Positions 52,116-60,713 of a stretch of 64,000 nt of DNA are shown piece after piece. The stretch is from an uncultured Gammaproteobacteria bacterium (GTDB lineage Bacteria > Patescibacteriota > Patescibacteriia > 2-12-FULL-60-25), in assembly GCA_964645655.1 (NCBI GenBank), contig CAZXZS010000001.1, positions 478,021 through 542,020 on the forward strand, given 5' to 3'. Positions within the stretch are counted from its first letter, which is position 1, and every line of letters begins with the position of its first letter. The translations under genes and the position numbers were made by a program. Below the pieces are notes generated by a model, which was given only the letters and a program-made list of their open reading frames with translations, was not told where the DNA came from and did no database searches.

Positions 52116-52236
52116 GGTTCCTCCGTCGTGCCGGTGTAGCGGAGAGACGCGATTTTGTCAATCGGTTGGGCACGGCCGTTTGCGTTGGTTGGTCGGCGCC
52201 AAAAAAATCCGCCTTGTGGGCGGAGAAGATGAGCGG

Positions 52237-52857
52237 TCACTTCTCGCGGAGCGTGAACCCGAGGGCGTTGAGGTGGTTCCGGAGCAACCTCAGGGTCGTG
52301 CGCCCACAGCCGTCCAGGGCGAGAAGCTCGTGTGCCGAATAGCGTGCGACCAGTTCCTCGATCGTGGTGCATTCGGTCTGTTCGATGACCTTTGCGGTCC
52401 GCTGGTTGGTGCGGGTGCTGACGAGTTCGATGAGGCGAGAGATCGGCGTCCCCTCCGGAGAGGGCCTTTCCCCCGTACCCTTGTCGCGGAACGGCTCGAG
52501 CCGCTCGCGGAAGGCCGCATACGACCGGCCCAGGCGGCCCTTTGCGGCCTTGAAGCACTGGTGCGCGGCTGCCTCGAAGGCCGGGAGAGAGACCCTCCCG
52601 ATGCGCTCGGCGATGCGCCGCGCCTGCTCGTCTTCGCCGATGGGCTGCAGGCACGCGTCATATCTCGGGTGGCGTCGAACTCGCTGCAGGAACGCCTCAA
52701 GGTCCTCGCCCAGCCCGAGCGTCGCCCCACAGCGATGGAAGACTTCCTTGATGAACTCGATCCGTTCGGTCTCGGGGACGTCGCACGCGAGGGCGAGCAA
52801 CCGCCTGACCTGCTCGTCTTCGCCGATCCGTTCCCCGATCTTTTTCCAGTCACGCAT
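52237..52857 (-). CDS. hypothetical protein with C-terminal alpha-CTD-like helix-hairpin-helix module; paralog of 50859-52115
   Basis: ATG 52857 after AAGGAGG. TRTAKVIEQTECTTIEELVARYSAHELLALDGCGRTTLRLLRNHLNALGFTL. IGEDEQARRIAERIG repeat. Confidence 0.6.
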   Translation of the reverse strand: MRDWKKIGERIGEDEQVRRLLALACDVPETERIEFIKEVFHRCGATLGLGEDLEAFLQRVRRHPRYDACLQPIGEDEQARRIAERIGRVSLPAFEAAAHQCFKAAKGRLGRSYAAFRERLEPFRDKGTGERPSPEGTPISRLIELVSTRTNQRTAKVIEQTECTTIEELVARYSAHELLALDGCGRTTLRLLRNHLNALGFTLREK

Positions 52858-52947
52858 CTGCGCCTCCTTACGCGGGTGATCTAAGCAGGCGTTCGCCGTC
52901 CCGTCAACCCTCGACGCCTGCCGGCAAACCTCGTACCATGCCCCCAT

Positions 52948-53520
52948 ATGCTCCCCCCGTTTTCCGCCTTGCAGGCCGTACGCGAGCGCTTCGTCGCGCG
53001 CGAGCAGGTGCGCCGTACCCTCATCGGCTTGGCGCAGCAGGTCCAGACGACCGCCAAGCGCGCCATCTTCGCCGTCCACCGGGATGATCTCGAGGGGGCG
53101 ATGGCACTGCTCGAAGCCGCCCAGGGCCATGCCCATGATGCCCAGCGCCTTTGCGGCCAAGATGCCGCCCTCATGCACGAGGGGGCCTGGCGGGCCGCCC
53201 AGGAAGAATGGCTCGAGGCGGAGCTCCTCGTCGCCGCGCTCGGTGACCACGAGGTCGACCTTCCCCTCGATGAGCCCGACCGTGTCGTCGGGGCGCTCTC
53301 CGACCTGCTCGGCGAGCTCGCCCGCGTCCTCATCCGTGACGTGACGCAAGGCCGGTTCGCCCGCGTCACCTCCATCCATGGCACGGCCCAGCGCGTCCTC
53401 GAATTCCTCCTCGAGTTCGACGCCACCGGCTACGCCCGCCAGAAGGTCGACCAGGCCCGGCAACACCTCCGCAAGATCGAGGACGTCGCCTACGATCTCG
53501 CCCTCCGCAACCGCGTATGA
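52948..53520 (+). CDS. translin family protein
   Basis: C-terminal VVGALSDLLGELARVLIRDVTQGRF and LRKIEDVAYDLALRN align with the translin YLSGVLILASEL... and KVEEVVYDLSIRG blocks. Confidence 0.7.
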   Translation: MLPPFSALQAVRERFVAREQVRRTLIGLAQQVQTTAKRAIFAVHRDDLEGAMALLEAAQGHAHDAQRLCGQDAALMHEGAWRAAQEEWLEAELLVAALGDHEVDLPLDEPDRVVGALSDLLGELARVLIRDVTQGRFARVTSIHGTAQRVLEFLLEFDATGYARQKVDQARQHLRKIEDVAYDLALRNRV

Positions 53521-54254
53521 GCGAGGCGCCGGCGATCTTCGGCGTCCCGCTCGAGGGCGGGACAGGGGAGACGGTCCTCGCGGCGGCCACCCACGCGCGG
53601 CCGCCGTTTTGGATCGTGACCGCGAATCCTGAGATCCTCCTCGCCGCGCACGAGGATCCCGCCTATGCGCAGGCCCTTCGTGCCGCCTCCTGGCGCACGG
53701 TGGATGGGTTCGGGCTGCAGCTCGCCTTGCGCGCCCGGGGCAACCCGCTCGATCGCGTGACGGGCGTCGACCTCGCCGAGACGATCCTCGCCCATGCGGC
53801 CGCCAACGATTGGAAGGTCGCGCTGTTCGGGGCGACGCCCGCGACCCTCGTGAAGGCGAGCGCCGCCTGCCTGCGGCGGTTTCCCGGGCTGCCACTCAAG
53901 GGCTGGTCCGGTGGAGTGGTGGATGCAGCGGGGAATGAGGACGCGCGGACGCGTGAGGATCGTGAAGCCTTCGAGGCCTGGCATCCCGACGTCCTGCTCG
54001 TCGCGCTCGGCGGGGGCAAGAAACAGGAGTTCTGGATCGAAAAGCACGTCAACGCCTGGCCTTGGTTACGCATCGTGATGGGCGTCGGCGGGGCCTTCGA
54101 CATGTGGGCTGGCGAGTTGCCGCGGGCGCCCGCTTTTTTGCGAAGGTTGGGGCTGGAATGGGCCTGGCGCCTCTGGTTGCAGCCATCGCGTTGGCGGCGG
54201 ATTTGGCGGGCGGTCGTCGTGTTCCCCTGGCGGGCGTGGCGGGCGGACCGGTGA
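53517..54254 (+). CDS. tagA: WecB/TagA/CpsF family glycosyltransferase
   Basis: ATGA overlap with the translin-like gene. WIVTANPEILL, DGFGL, LFGATP, VLLVALGGGKKQEFWI, GVGGAFDMWAG. Confidence 0.8.
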   Translation: MSEAPAIFGVPLEGGTGETVLAAATHARPPFWIVTANPEILLAAHEDPAYAQALRAASWRTVDGFGLQLALRARGNPLDRVTGVDLAETILAHAAANDWKVALFGATPATLVKASAACLRRFPGLPLKGWSGGVVDAAGNEDARTREDREAFEAWHPDVLLVALGGGKKQEFWIEKHVNAWPWLRIVMGVGGAFDMWAGELPRAPAFLRRLGLEWAWRLWLQPSRWRRIWRAVVVFPWRAWRADR

Positions 54255-54410
54255 AGGGTAGCGGCTCATTTCCGCGAAGGGTTGTTTCTCTCGTTATCAA
54301 GCCGCACGAAGGCGGTCATCGGCTTCGTCACGGGGTTCCCTGCCCCGTCGATCCGCTGCGGATGGGGATTTTTTTCGGAGGATAGGGCGTTTTTTGATAC
54401 CCGGACGCCC

Positions 54411-54439
54411 TTGACAAAACCGGTCGCTTGTGCTAGGAT
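54411..54439 (+). promoter_or_regulatory. sigma70-like promoter TTGACA-17-TAGGAT
   Basis: Upstream of 54509. Confidence 0.5.
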
Positions 54440-54508
54440 CCGTCGTCCGTCACAGGGGTTCGCGATCGTGCGAAAACCGCTTCGTGACGCGTCCGTAAAG
54501 GATCAGGC

Positions 54509-54802
54509 ATGGATCTCATCGGTTCTCCCAGTCCTGCCGCGCAGCCGTATGTCTTCGCCTTCGCGGTCCTGTTCATCCTTGCCCTCGCCCTCAGCACCGT
54601 GTTCGGGCGGATCATGGCCGTCATCGAGGAGTGGAACAAGGCGCGCAACCAGCGCCTCCTCGAGGGGCAGCGCGAACACCATCGCGTGCAGCGCCTCAAG
54701 GCGATGCAGGAGCTCATCGTCACCGCGAACGGCGTCTTCGACGCCAAGGGCATGGAGGTGTTCCTCCACTGGCTCGAAGAGCACTTGGAGAAGCGGTCGT
54801 AG
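54509..54802 (+). CDS. small membrane protein, paralog pair member 1
   Basis: Promoter at 54411-54439. One TM helix, a coiled region and a C-terminal ...VFLHWLEEHLEKRS. Confidence 0.5.
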   Translation: MDLIGSPSPAAQPYVFAFAVLFILALALSTVFGRIMAVIEEWNKARNQRLLEGQREHHRVQRLKAMQELIVTANGVFDAKGMEVFLHWLEEHLEKRS

Positions 54803-54829
54803 GCACGCGGCCACGAAGGAGCGGACGCC

Positions 54830-55207
54830 ATGTCACCCGCTGAATTCCAAGCGGTCGATCAGTACCTGGAGATCGTCGGCCTCCTCGCCGTCAACCTGCT
54901 GGTGCCGGTGATCCTCGCGCTCATCGTCGTCTGGCTCATCGCCTTCATCGTCGCGACCGTGCTCTACTACAAGTACGTCGCGCCGAAGCTCGAAGAGGAG
55001 CTCAGGCCCAAGATGCTCGAGGTGCAGTACCAGCTGATCCTCTGGCTCTGCGACCGGGCCCGGGCCTCCCGCGTCCGCGCCGAGACGCGCCGGCTCGAGG
55101 CGCTGCTCGCGGTCATGCAGAAGGCCGAGCCGTTCCTGCCGCCGGGCGTCGACCGGGAGACGTTCCTGAGGTGGTTCGAGGAGACGCTCGCGGATCGCCG
55201 GCTGTAG
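54830..55207 (+). CDS. small membrane protein, paralog pair member 2
   Basis: TM helices, then a C-terminal ...TFLRWFEETLADRRL. Terminator at 55235. Confidence 0.5.
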   Translation: MSPAEFQAVDQYLEIVGLLAVNLLVPVILALIVVWLIAFIVATVLYYKYVAPKLEEELRPKMLEVQYQLILWLCDRARASRVRAETRRLEALLAVMQKAEPFLPPGVDRETFLRWFEETLADRRL

Positions 55208-55234
55208 GCGGCGGGCATACGGAAGGGCGCGCAT

Positions 55235-55260
55235 GCGGTACCGACCTGGTGCCGCTTTTT
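55235..55260 (+). terminator. intrinsic terminator
   Basis: GCGGTACC / GGTGCCGC stem plus T5. Confidence 0.55.
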
Positions 55261-55320
55261 CATTCCTCCGTTTCGTTCCGGCCCCGTTTCCGTAAACAAA
55301 AAAGCGCCCCAGGCGGCACT

Positions 55321-56376
55321 TCATGCCGGCGGTGGGGGCAGGGCCTTGCGTGCCTCCTCGTGCTGCGCGCGGAGGTAGTCGCTGAGCTGGTATGGGTAGG
55401 GGAAGAAGGTGGTCTCCTTCCGATGGACGGTTGTCCTGATCGGGGGATCGGCAGGGTCCGCGTGGCACGGGTACCAACGGGCACCCAGCCTATGCCCGCC
55501 GCCCATGTTGCCGAAGGCGAGCGCTCCCGTCGGTCCTTCCGCCACGAACCAGGGGCCTTGGAACCGGTCGAAGCCGTTGGGATGGGGGATCGGTCGCCAG
55601 GCCAGCTTGTCCGGGTCGAGCCCGGCGTTGCGGACCACCGTCTCAAGCAGGGCCCGGATCTCGCGTTCGAGCCGCTGCCGGCGGCAGGCGACGTGCTCGT
55701 GGGTCACGAAAATGACGTGGATCCAGTCCTCGGCCTGGACCCGGAAGGCCTGTGCCTCCTCCGGCGGCTTCAGCCAGATGCTGCGGTCGTGGCGGCGCAC
55801 CGGTGAGTACGGGTCGAGGGAGGCTTCGCCGTGGGGGCCGGGCTGCAGGTCCGCGATGACCTCGCGCAGCGTCTTGCCCGCGTAGGCGTGAAGGGTGAGG
55901 CAGCGTCCGGTGCTGGCGCTCGCGTAGTCGAACGCGTCCACGATCGTCCAGGGCCGGTTGCAGCCGGCGCACGCCACGTCGACGGGCGCGAACTCGATCG
56001 GCGCGTGCCGTTCCCAGGTGGGCGCGAACGGGTCTTCCTTCGGGTCGCACTGCAGGTCCGCGAAGGTCGCGACGGTGGGGATCCCGTCCGTCCCGAAATC
56101 CGCCGCCGTCGCCAGCCCTCCGCGGCGCCGCTCCAGGCCCAGGGCGTTCCCGTCCGTGTGGAGCATGAGGCGACCGAAGAGGAGGAAGGCGTGCTTGAGC
56201 GGCCGCTTATCCCTGACCGCGCGGGCCCGTGCCTCGACGACGCCGTGGAGCCCCTCGAGGGTCAGGACGTGCGCCTCAAGGCCGCGGAGGGTGTCGTAGT
56301 CATCGGGATCATGGAACTGGGGGATGGGCACGGGGGTCTCCTTCTGCCGACGCGCGTGGAGGCGGTTGGCTCCCAT
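55321..56376 (-). CDS. hypothetical protein, dispersed paralog of 24008-25144
   Basis: FGRLMLHTDG, CAGCNRPWT, HVACRRQ, HPNGFDRFQGPWF align with the partner. Confidence 0.6.
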   Translation of the reverse strand: MGANRLHARRQKETPVPIPQFHDPDDYDTLRGLEAHVLTLEGLHGVVEARARAVRDKRPLKHAFLLFGRLMLHTDGNALGLERRRGGLATAADFGTDGIPTVATFADLQCDPKEDPFAPTWERHAPIEFAPVDVACAGCNRPWTIVDAFDYASASTGRCLTLHAYAGKTLREVIADLQPGPHGEASLDPYSPVRRHDRSIWLKPPEEAQAFRVQAEDWIHVIFVTHEHVACRRQRLEREIRALLETVVRNAGLDPDKLAWRPIPHPNGFDRFQGPWFVAEGPTGALAFGNMGGGHRLGARWYPCHADPADPPIRTTVHRKETTFFPYPYQLSDYLRAQHEEARKALPPPPA

Positions 56377-56460
56377 ACTCTCGGCAAGCTTCCTTGGTTT
56401 GTCAATATTTCGCTATGAATGGCTTTTTTTTGATCACCCTGCTAGGCTGTCGGCATTCCT

Positions 56461-57948
56461 ATGCCCACCCCCATGACCCCTGTCCGCGTCCGCTTCGCCC
56501 CCAGCCCGACGGGGTATTTGCATATCGGGGGGTTGCGGACCGCGCTGTACAATTGGTTCCTGGCCCGCAAGACGGGCGGGACGTTTATCTTGCGCATCGA
56601 GGATACCGACCGCACGCGCCTCGTCGACGACGCGGCCGTGAAGATGGTCCAGGCCCTTACCCGTTGCGGCCTCGCGCCGGACGAGGGCGTGAAGCTCGAT
56701 GCGGCCGGCCAGCTCATCGAGGAGGGTCCTCACGCGCCCTACATCCAATCCAAGCGCCGCGAGAAGCATCTCGCCTACGCCTACGACCTCATCGAGCGCG
56801 ACGCGGCCTATTACTGTTTCTGCACGCCGGAGACCCTCGACGAGATGCGCGCCCTCCAGACCGCGGCCAAGCAGCCGCTCATGTATGACCGCCGCTGCCG
56901 CGCGCTGCCCAAGGAGGTCGCCGAGAACCGGGCCGCCGTCGGCGACGCCTGCACGATCCGCCTCAAGATCCCCCTCGAAGGGAGCTGCATCTTCCATGAC
57001 CAGATCCGCGGCCGCATCGAGGTGCCCTGGGCCCAGGTCGACGACCAGGTCCTCATCAAGTCCGACGGCTTTCCGACGTACCACCTCGCCGCCATCACCG
57101 ATGACCACGACATGGGGATCACCCACGTCATCCGCGCCGAAGAGTGGATCTCGAGCACGCCCAAGCATCTCTTCCTCGCGCAGGCCCTGGGGTGGGACGC
57201 GCCGCAGTACGCGCACGTCCCCCTGCTGCTCAACCCCGACCGGTCCAAGCTGTCCAAGCGCCAAGGCGACGTCGCGGCCGAGGACTACCTCGCCAAGGGA
57301 TATCTCCCGGAAGCCCTGCTGAATTTCGTCGCCCTCCTCGGCTGGAACCCGACCTCCGACCGCGAGATCTTCACGAAGGAGGAGCTCGCCTCGCTGTTCG
57401 AGCTGGAAAAGGTCAACAAGGCCGGCGCCGTGTTCAGCATCGAGAAGCTTGACTGGCTCAACGTCCACTACCTCCGCGCGCTTCCCGAGCCGGAATATCT
57501 CGGCCTCGCCCTGCCGATCCTCGAAGCGGCCCTTCCGGACGCCGATCCGGCCCTCCGCCGCCGTGCCGCCGTGCTGTTCCGCGATCGTGCCACGCGCGTG
57601 CAGCTCCTGCCGGAACTGGTCGCCCCTTGGCTCGCCGCTCCGGTCGCCGATCCCGCGCTCCTCCTTTGGAAGACGCAGACGGCCGCCGAAACCCGCGAAC
57701 GCCTCGGGGCCGTCCGTACTGAGATCGCCGGCTGGCCCGATGCCCGCTTCGCCGGGTTCGCGGACAGCGAAACGGCCCTCAAGGCCTGGATCGTCGGGCG
57801 CGGCTGGGGGAATGGGGAAGTGCTGTGGCCGTTGCGGACCGCGCTCTCCGGCGCCAAGCAGTCGCCCAGCCCGTTCGAGCTGCTGTACCTGTTGGGGAAA
57901 GACGAGGCATTGCGCCGTATCGACGCGGCCCTTGCGGTTCTGGCATAA
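56461..57948 (+). CDS. gltX: glutamate--tRNA ligase
   Basis: HIGH region RFAPSPTGYLHIGGLRTALYNW. KMSKS region KLSKRQG. Confidence 0.95.
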   Translation: MPTPMTPVRVRFAPSPTGYLHIGGLRTALYNWFLARKTGGTFILRIEDTDRTRLVDDAAVKMVQALTRCGLAPDEGVKLDAAGQLIEEGPHAPYIQSKRREKHLAYAYDLIERDAAYYCFCTPETLDEMRALQTAAKQPLMYDRRCRALPKEVAENRAAVGDACTIRLKIPLEGSCIFHDQIRGRIEVPWAQVDDQVLIKSDGFPTYHLAAITDDHDMGITHVIRAEEWISSTPKHLFLAQALGWDAPQYAHVPLLLNPDRSKLSKRQGDVAAEDYLAKGYLPEALLNFVALLGWNPTSDREIFTKEELASLFELEKVNKAGAVFSIEKLDWLNVHYLRALPEPEYLGLALPILEAALPDADPALRRRAAVLFRDRATRVQLLPELVAPWLAAPVADPALLLWKTQTAAETRERLGAVRTEIAGWPDARFAGFADSETALKAWIVGRGWGNGEVLWPLRTALSGAKQSPSPFELLYLLGKDEALRRIDAALAVLA

Positions 57949-57955
57949 TGGGCGC

Positions 57956-59221
57956 ATGGCGCGCCGCCCGCTCCTTCCGCTCTTGTTCGCACTCATGCTC
58001 GTCGTCACGGGGCCCGTCTTGACGGTCCCCGTTTTTGCGCAAGAAGCAACCCCCGCGGAGACGGTCGTCCCGGACCCCTCCGATCCCGAGGCAGACCAAG
58101 TGGACGCGACGCAGAAGGACATCGAGGCTAAGCAGCGCCGCGTGAAAGCGCTCGACGAGCTCATCGCCCAGTACCGCACCCGCATCCAGCAGCAGACGGC
58201 CACGGCCGAGACGCTGCAGGCCCAACTCGCGCTGCTCGATACCCGCGCCGAAGCGCAGGCCTTGCGGGTCCGCCGCGCCCGCGAGGAGCTCGACCGCCTC
58301 GCCCTCGAGATCAGCCGCGCCGAACAGCAGCAAAAGGACCTCGAAGCGACGCTGACCGTCCGCCGCGCCCTGCTCAGCGAAGTCTTGGCGGAGCTGGAAC
58401 GGGCGCCCGATTCCTCGCCGATTCTCGCATTGTTCGGGAAAAAATCGCTTTCCACCTATGTCGCCCGCCGCGCCGAGGTGCGGGCCCTCCAGCAGGCGCT
58501 CACCGCCGCTACCGTCTCCGTCCACGAGGCCAAGATGGCCGTCGAGGCCAAGCGCCTGGCCCTCCAGGTCGCCCGGACCGGCCAGCTCCAGGAGACCCAA
58601 GCCCTCGAGCTCGCCCAACACCAGCTCGAGGACGACCGCGCCGCCAAGCGCGGGCTCATCGCCGAGACGGGCAACCGCGAGGACCAGTTCCGCCGCCTCG
58701 TCGCCGACCTCCAGCGCGAGCAGCAGGGCGAGACCGAGGCCGTGAGCGCCCTCCGCGATCGCCTCCGTGATTCGATCGGCACGTCCGACGATGTCCTCGC
58801 GCGCGGTGACCTCCTGCTCACTTGGCCGATCGAGGCGAAGAAGGGGATCTCGGCGCATTTCCACGATGCGACGTACCCGTTCCGGAACCTGTTCGAGCAT
58901 CCCGGGACCGACCTCCCGACGCCTGTCGGCACGCCGGTCCGCGCCGCTGCCGGCGGCTACGTCGCCTGGAACCGCGTCGGCCGCCAATACGGCAACTACA
59001 TCATGGTGATCCATCCCAACGGCATCGCGACCGTGTATGCGCACCTCTCGGCGTTCGCCGCCAAGCCCGACACCTATGTCGAGCGCGGCGAGGTGATCGG
59101 GTATTCGGGCGGGCGTCCTGGCGACCCGGGCGCGGGGCTCTCGACGGGCCCGCACCTCCACTTCGAAGTGCGGCAGGACGGGGTGCCGGTGAACCCGGAG
59201 CTGTTCCTGCCGGAGCTGTAG
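57956..59221 (+). CDS. M23 family metallopeptidase with N-terminal coiled coil (EnvC-like)
   Basis: ATG 57956, signal peptide MARRPLLPLLFALMLVVTG. HPGTDLPTPVGTPVRAAAGGYV, GPHLHFEVRQDG. Confidence 0.85.
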   Translation: MARRPLLPLLFALMLVVTGPVLTVPVFAQEATPAETVVPDPSDPEADQVDATQKDIEAKQRRVKALDELIAQYRTRIQQQTATAETLQAQLALLDTRAEAQALRVRRAREELDRLALEISRAEQQQKDLEATLTVRRALLSEVLAELERAPDSSPILALFGKKSLSTYVARRAEVRALQQALTAATVSVHEAKMAVEAKRLALQVARTGQLQETQALELAQHQLEDDRAAKRGLIAETGNREDQFRRLVADLQREQQGETEAVSALRDRLRDSIGTSDDVLARGDLLLTWPIEAKKGISAHFHDATYPFRNLFEHPGTDLPTPVGTPVRAAAGGYVAWNRVGRQYGNYIMVIHPNGIATVYAHLSAFAAKPDTYVERGEVIGYSGGRPGDPGAGLSTGPHLHFEVRQDGVPVNPELFLPEL

Positions 59222-59245
59222 GGTCGGAGCCGTTTCGTATCCATG

Positions 59246-59272
59246 AAAAAACCAAGGCGATCTTGGTTTTTT
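59246..59272. terminator. bidirectional terminator between convergent genes
   Basis: AAAAAACCAAG / CTTGGTTTTTT. Confidence 0.65.
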
Positions 59273-59376
59273 GCAGGCCTTTTTAGGTTGCCATGTCGCA
59301 CGCGTCAGAATGGGGATCGCCATGACATTGACGGAAAAGAAAAGAGCCACCGTGTGGGTGGGCTCAGGAAGGGGCG

Positions 59377-60663
59377 TCAGCCCTTGTCGGTGGCCTGGGG
59401 GACGGGGGCCGCGTCGCGCTGCTCCACCGCGATGCCGGGATGGTTGCCGGCGGGGAGCGCCTCCGTCCCGTTCTCCTCCTCGGTCATGTTCTGCATCGTC
59501 GCGGCCATCGCGGTGAGGGCGCCGCCGAACTCGCCGATGAGCGGCACCACGTACTCGCTCGCGGCTTCGATGAAGTGATCGAACGACTTGATCTCGAGCT
59601 CCTCTGCCACCGGGCCCTGGAGCAGGCCGCGCACCTCCTTCGGGATCATGGGGATCTTGTCGAGGACGCCCGTCCGGAGGAAGGCGGAGACGACGGCGGC
59701 CGTGATGCCGGTGCCGACCTCGCTCTCGAGGCCGGTTCTGATCTTCATGAGCACGGCCGGTTCGAAGATGCCCGTCTTTTCGACGCCCTTCATGATGATG
59801 TCGCGGCCGATGGACAGGGTCTTGCGTGCGCCGAAGCGCAGGGCGCCCTTGCTGGCGTTGGTCTTGACGCGGTCGTACGTGGACAGGGGCTTGCGGTCGG
59901 GTGTCGTGGCCATGGCGGTCTCCTCTTCTTCGTCGCTGTTGCGGGCCTTCTCGTTCTGGCGCGGGTCGTCGTTGCGGACGCCGTCCGGGCGCCAGTCCGG
60001 GCGGGTGATGACCGAGGGATCGGTGCTGTTGACCAGCTGCATCCCGAAGGCGTTACAGCCTTCGAGCAGGGGGCCTTCGCCCGGTTTCGGTCCCGGGTTT
60101 TCCTTCGTACCCCACGTCCTGGCGAGGTAGGCGGTGTTGCCGCGGAGGAGCAGGTGGGGCGCTTCGGCCTGGCGCAGGACTGTGCCCTGGAGATCGACGG
60201 TCTCGAGCGTCGCCCCGGCGAGGCAGGCCTCGCTGAGGTCGGCGCCGCCGAGGTCGATGCCCGTGAGGCGGGCCCTCGAGAGGTCCGCGCCTCTGAGATC
60301 GGCGCCGGCGAAGACGGTCCGTTGGCGCACGTCGCCGGTGTCGGCGCCGGCCAGGGGCTTGTAGCTCTCGAGACGGGCGCCGACGAACGACGCCCCACGG
60401 AAGTCGCCTTGCCTGGCCTGGCACCCGAGCAGGGTCGCGCCATCGAAACAGGCTTCGGCCAGTGCGCAGTCGGTCAGGTTCGCGCACTCGAGCAGGGCGC
60501 CGTGCAGGTCGATGCCTGCCAGGCGCAGCCCAGACAGGTTCTCCCTGCGCAGCACGATGCGCAGGTTCGGGTGCCTCTCTCGCAGCCGGTTGAAGTCCCG
60601 CACGTTCTCCGCGAAGAGAAGCTGTCGGGCTCCCACCAGGAGCGGGTCATCCGGTTCGCTCAC
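59377..60663 (-). CDS. pentapeptide-repeat protein with unknown C-terminal domain
   Basis: GTG 60663 after AAGGAGGTG. Runs such as ADLRGADLSRARLTGIDLGGADLSEACLAGATL. Confidence 0.75.
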   Translation of the reverse strand: MSEPDDPLLVGARQLLFAENVRDFNRLRERHPNLRIVLRRENLSGLRLAGIDLHGALLECANLTDCALAEACFDGATLLGCQARQGDFRGASFVGARLESYKPLAGADTGDVRQRTVFAGADLRGADLSRARLTGIDLGGADLSEACLAGATLETVDLQGTVLRQAEAPHLLLRGNTAYLARTWGTKENPGPKPGEGPLLEGCNAFGMQLVNSTDPSVITRPDWRPDGVRNDDPRQNEKARNSDEEEETAMATTPDRKPLSTYDRVKTNASKGALRFGARKTLSIGRDIIMKGVEKTGIFEPAVLMKIRTGLESEVGTGITAAVVSAFLRTGVLDKIPMIPKEVRGLLQGPVAEELEIKSFDHFIEAASEYVVPLIGEFGGALTAMAATMQNMTEEENGTEALPAGNHPGIAVEQRDAAPVPQATDKG

Positions 60664-60713
60664 GGGTCACCTCCTTTTTTCGTGGTCCGTGGTGCCCCTC
60701 AGCTGTACCATGC

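Noticed and set aside
52858-53895. Upstream 346 codons of ORF 52237-53895
   Set aside because: This part overlaps the translin-like and TagA-like genes on the other strand and is Arg/Pro/Gly-rich. A good AAGGAGG-ATG start at 52857 gives a 206-aa protein paralogous to its neighbour.
56434-59350. Long minus-strand ORFs (56434-58455, 57779-59350) over gltX and the M23 peptidase gene
   Set aside because: Antisense artefacts. gltX (HIGH, KMSKS) and the M23 motifs are on the plus strand.
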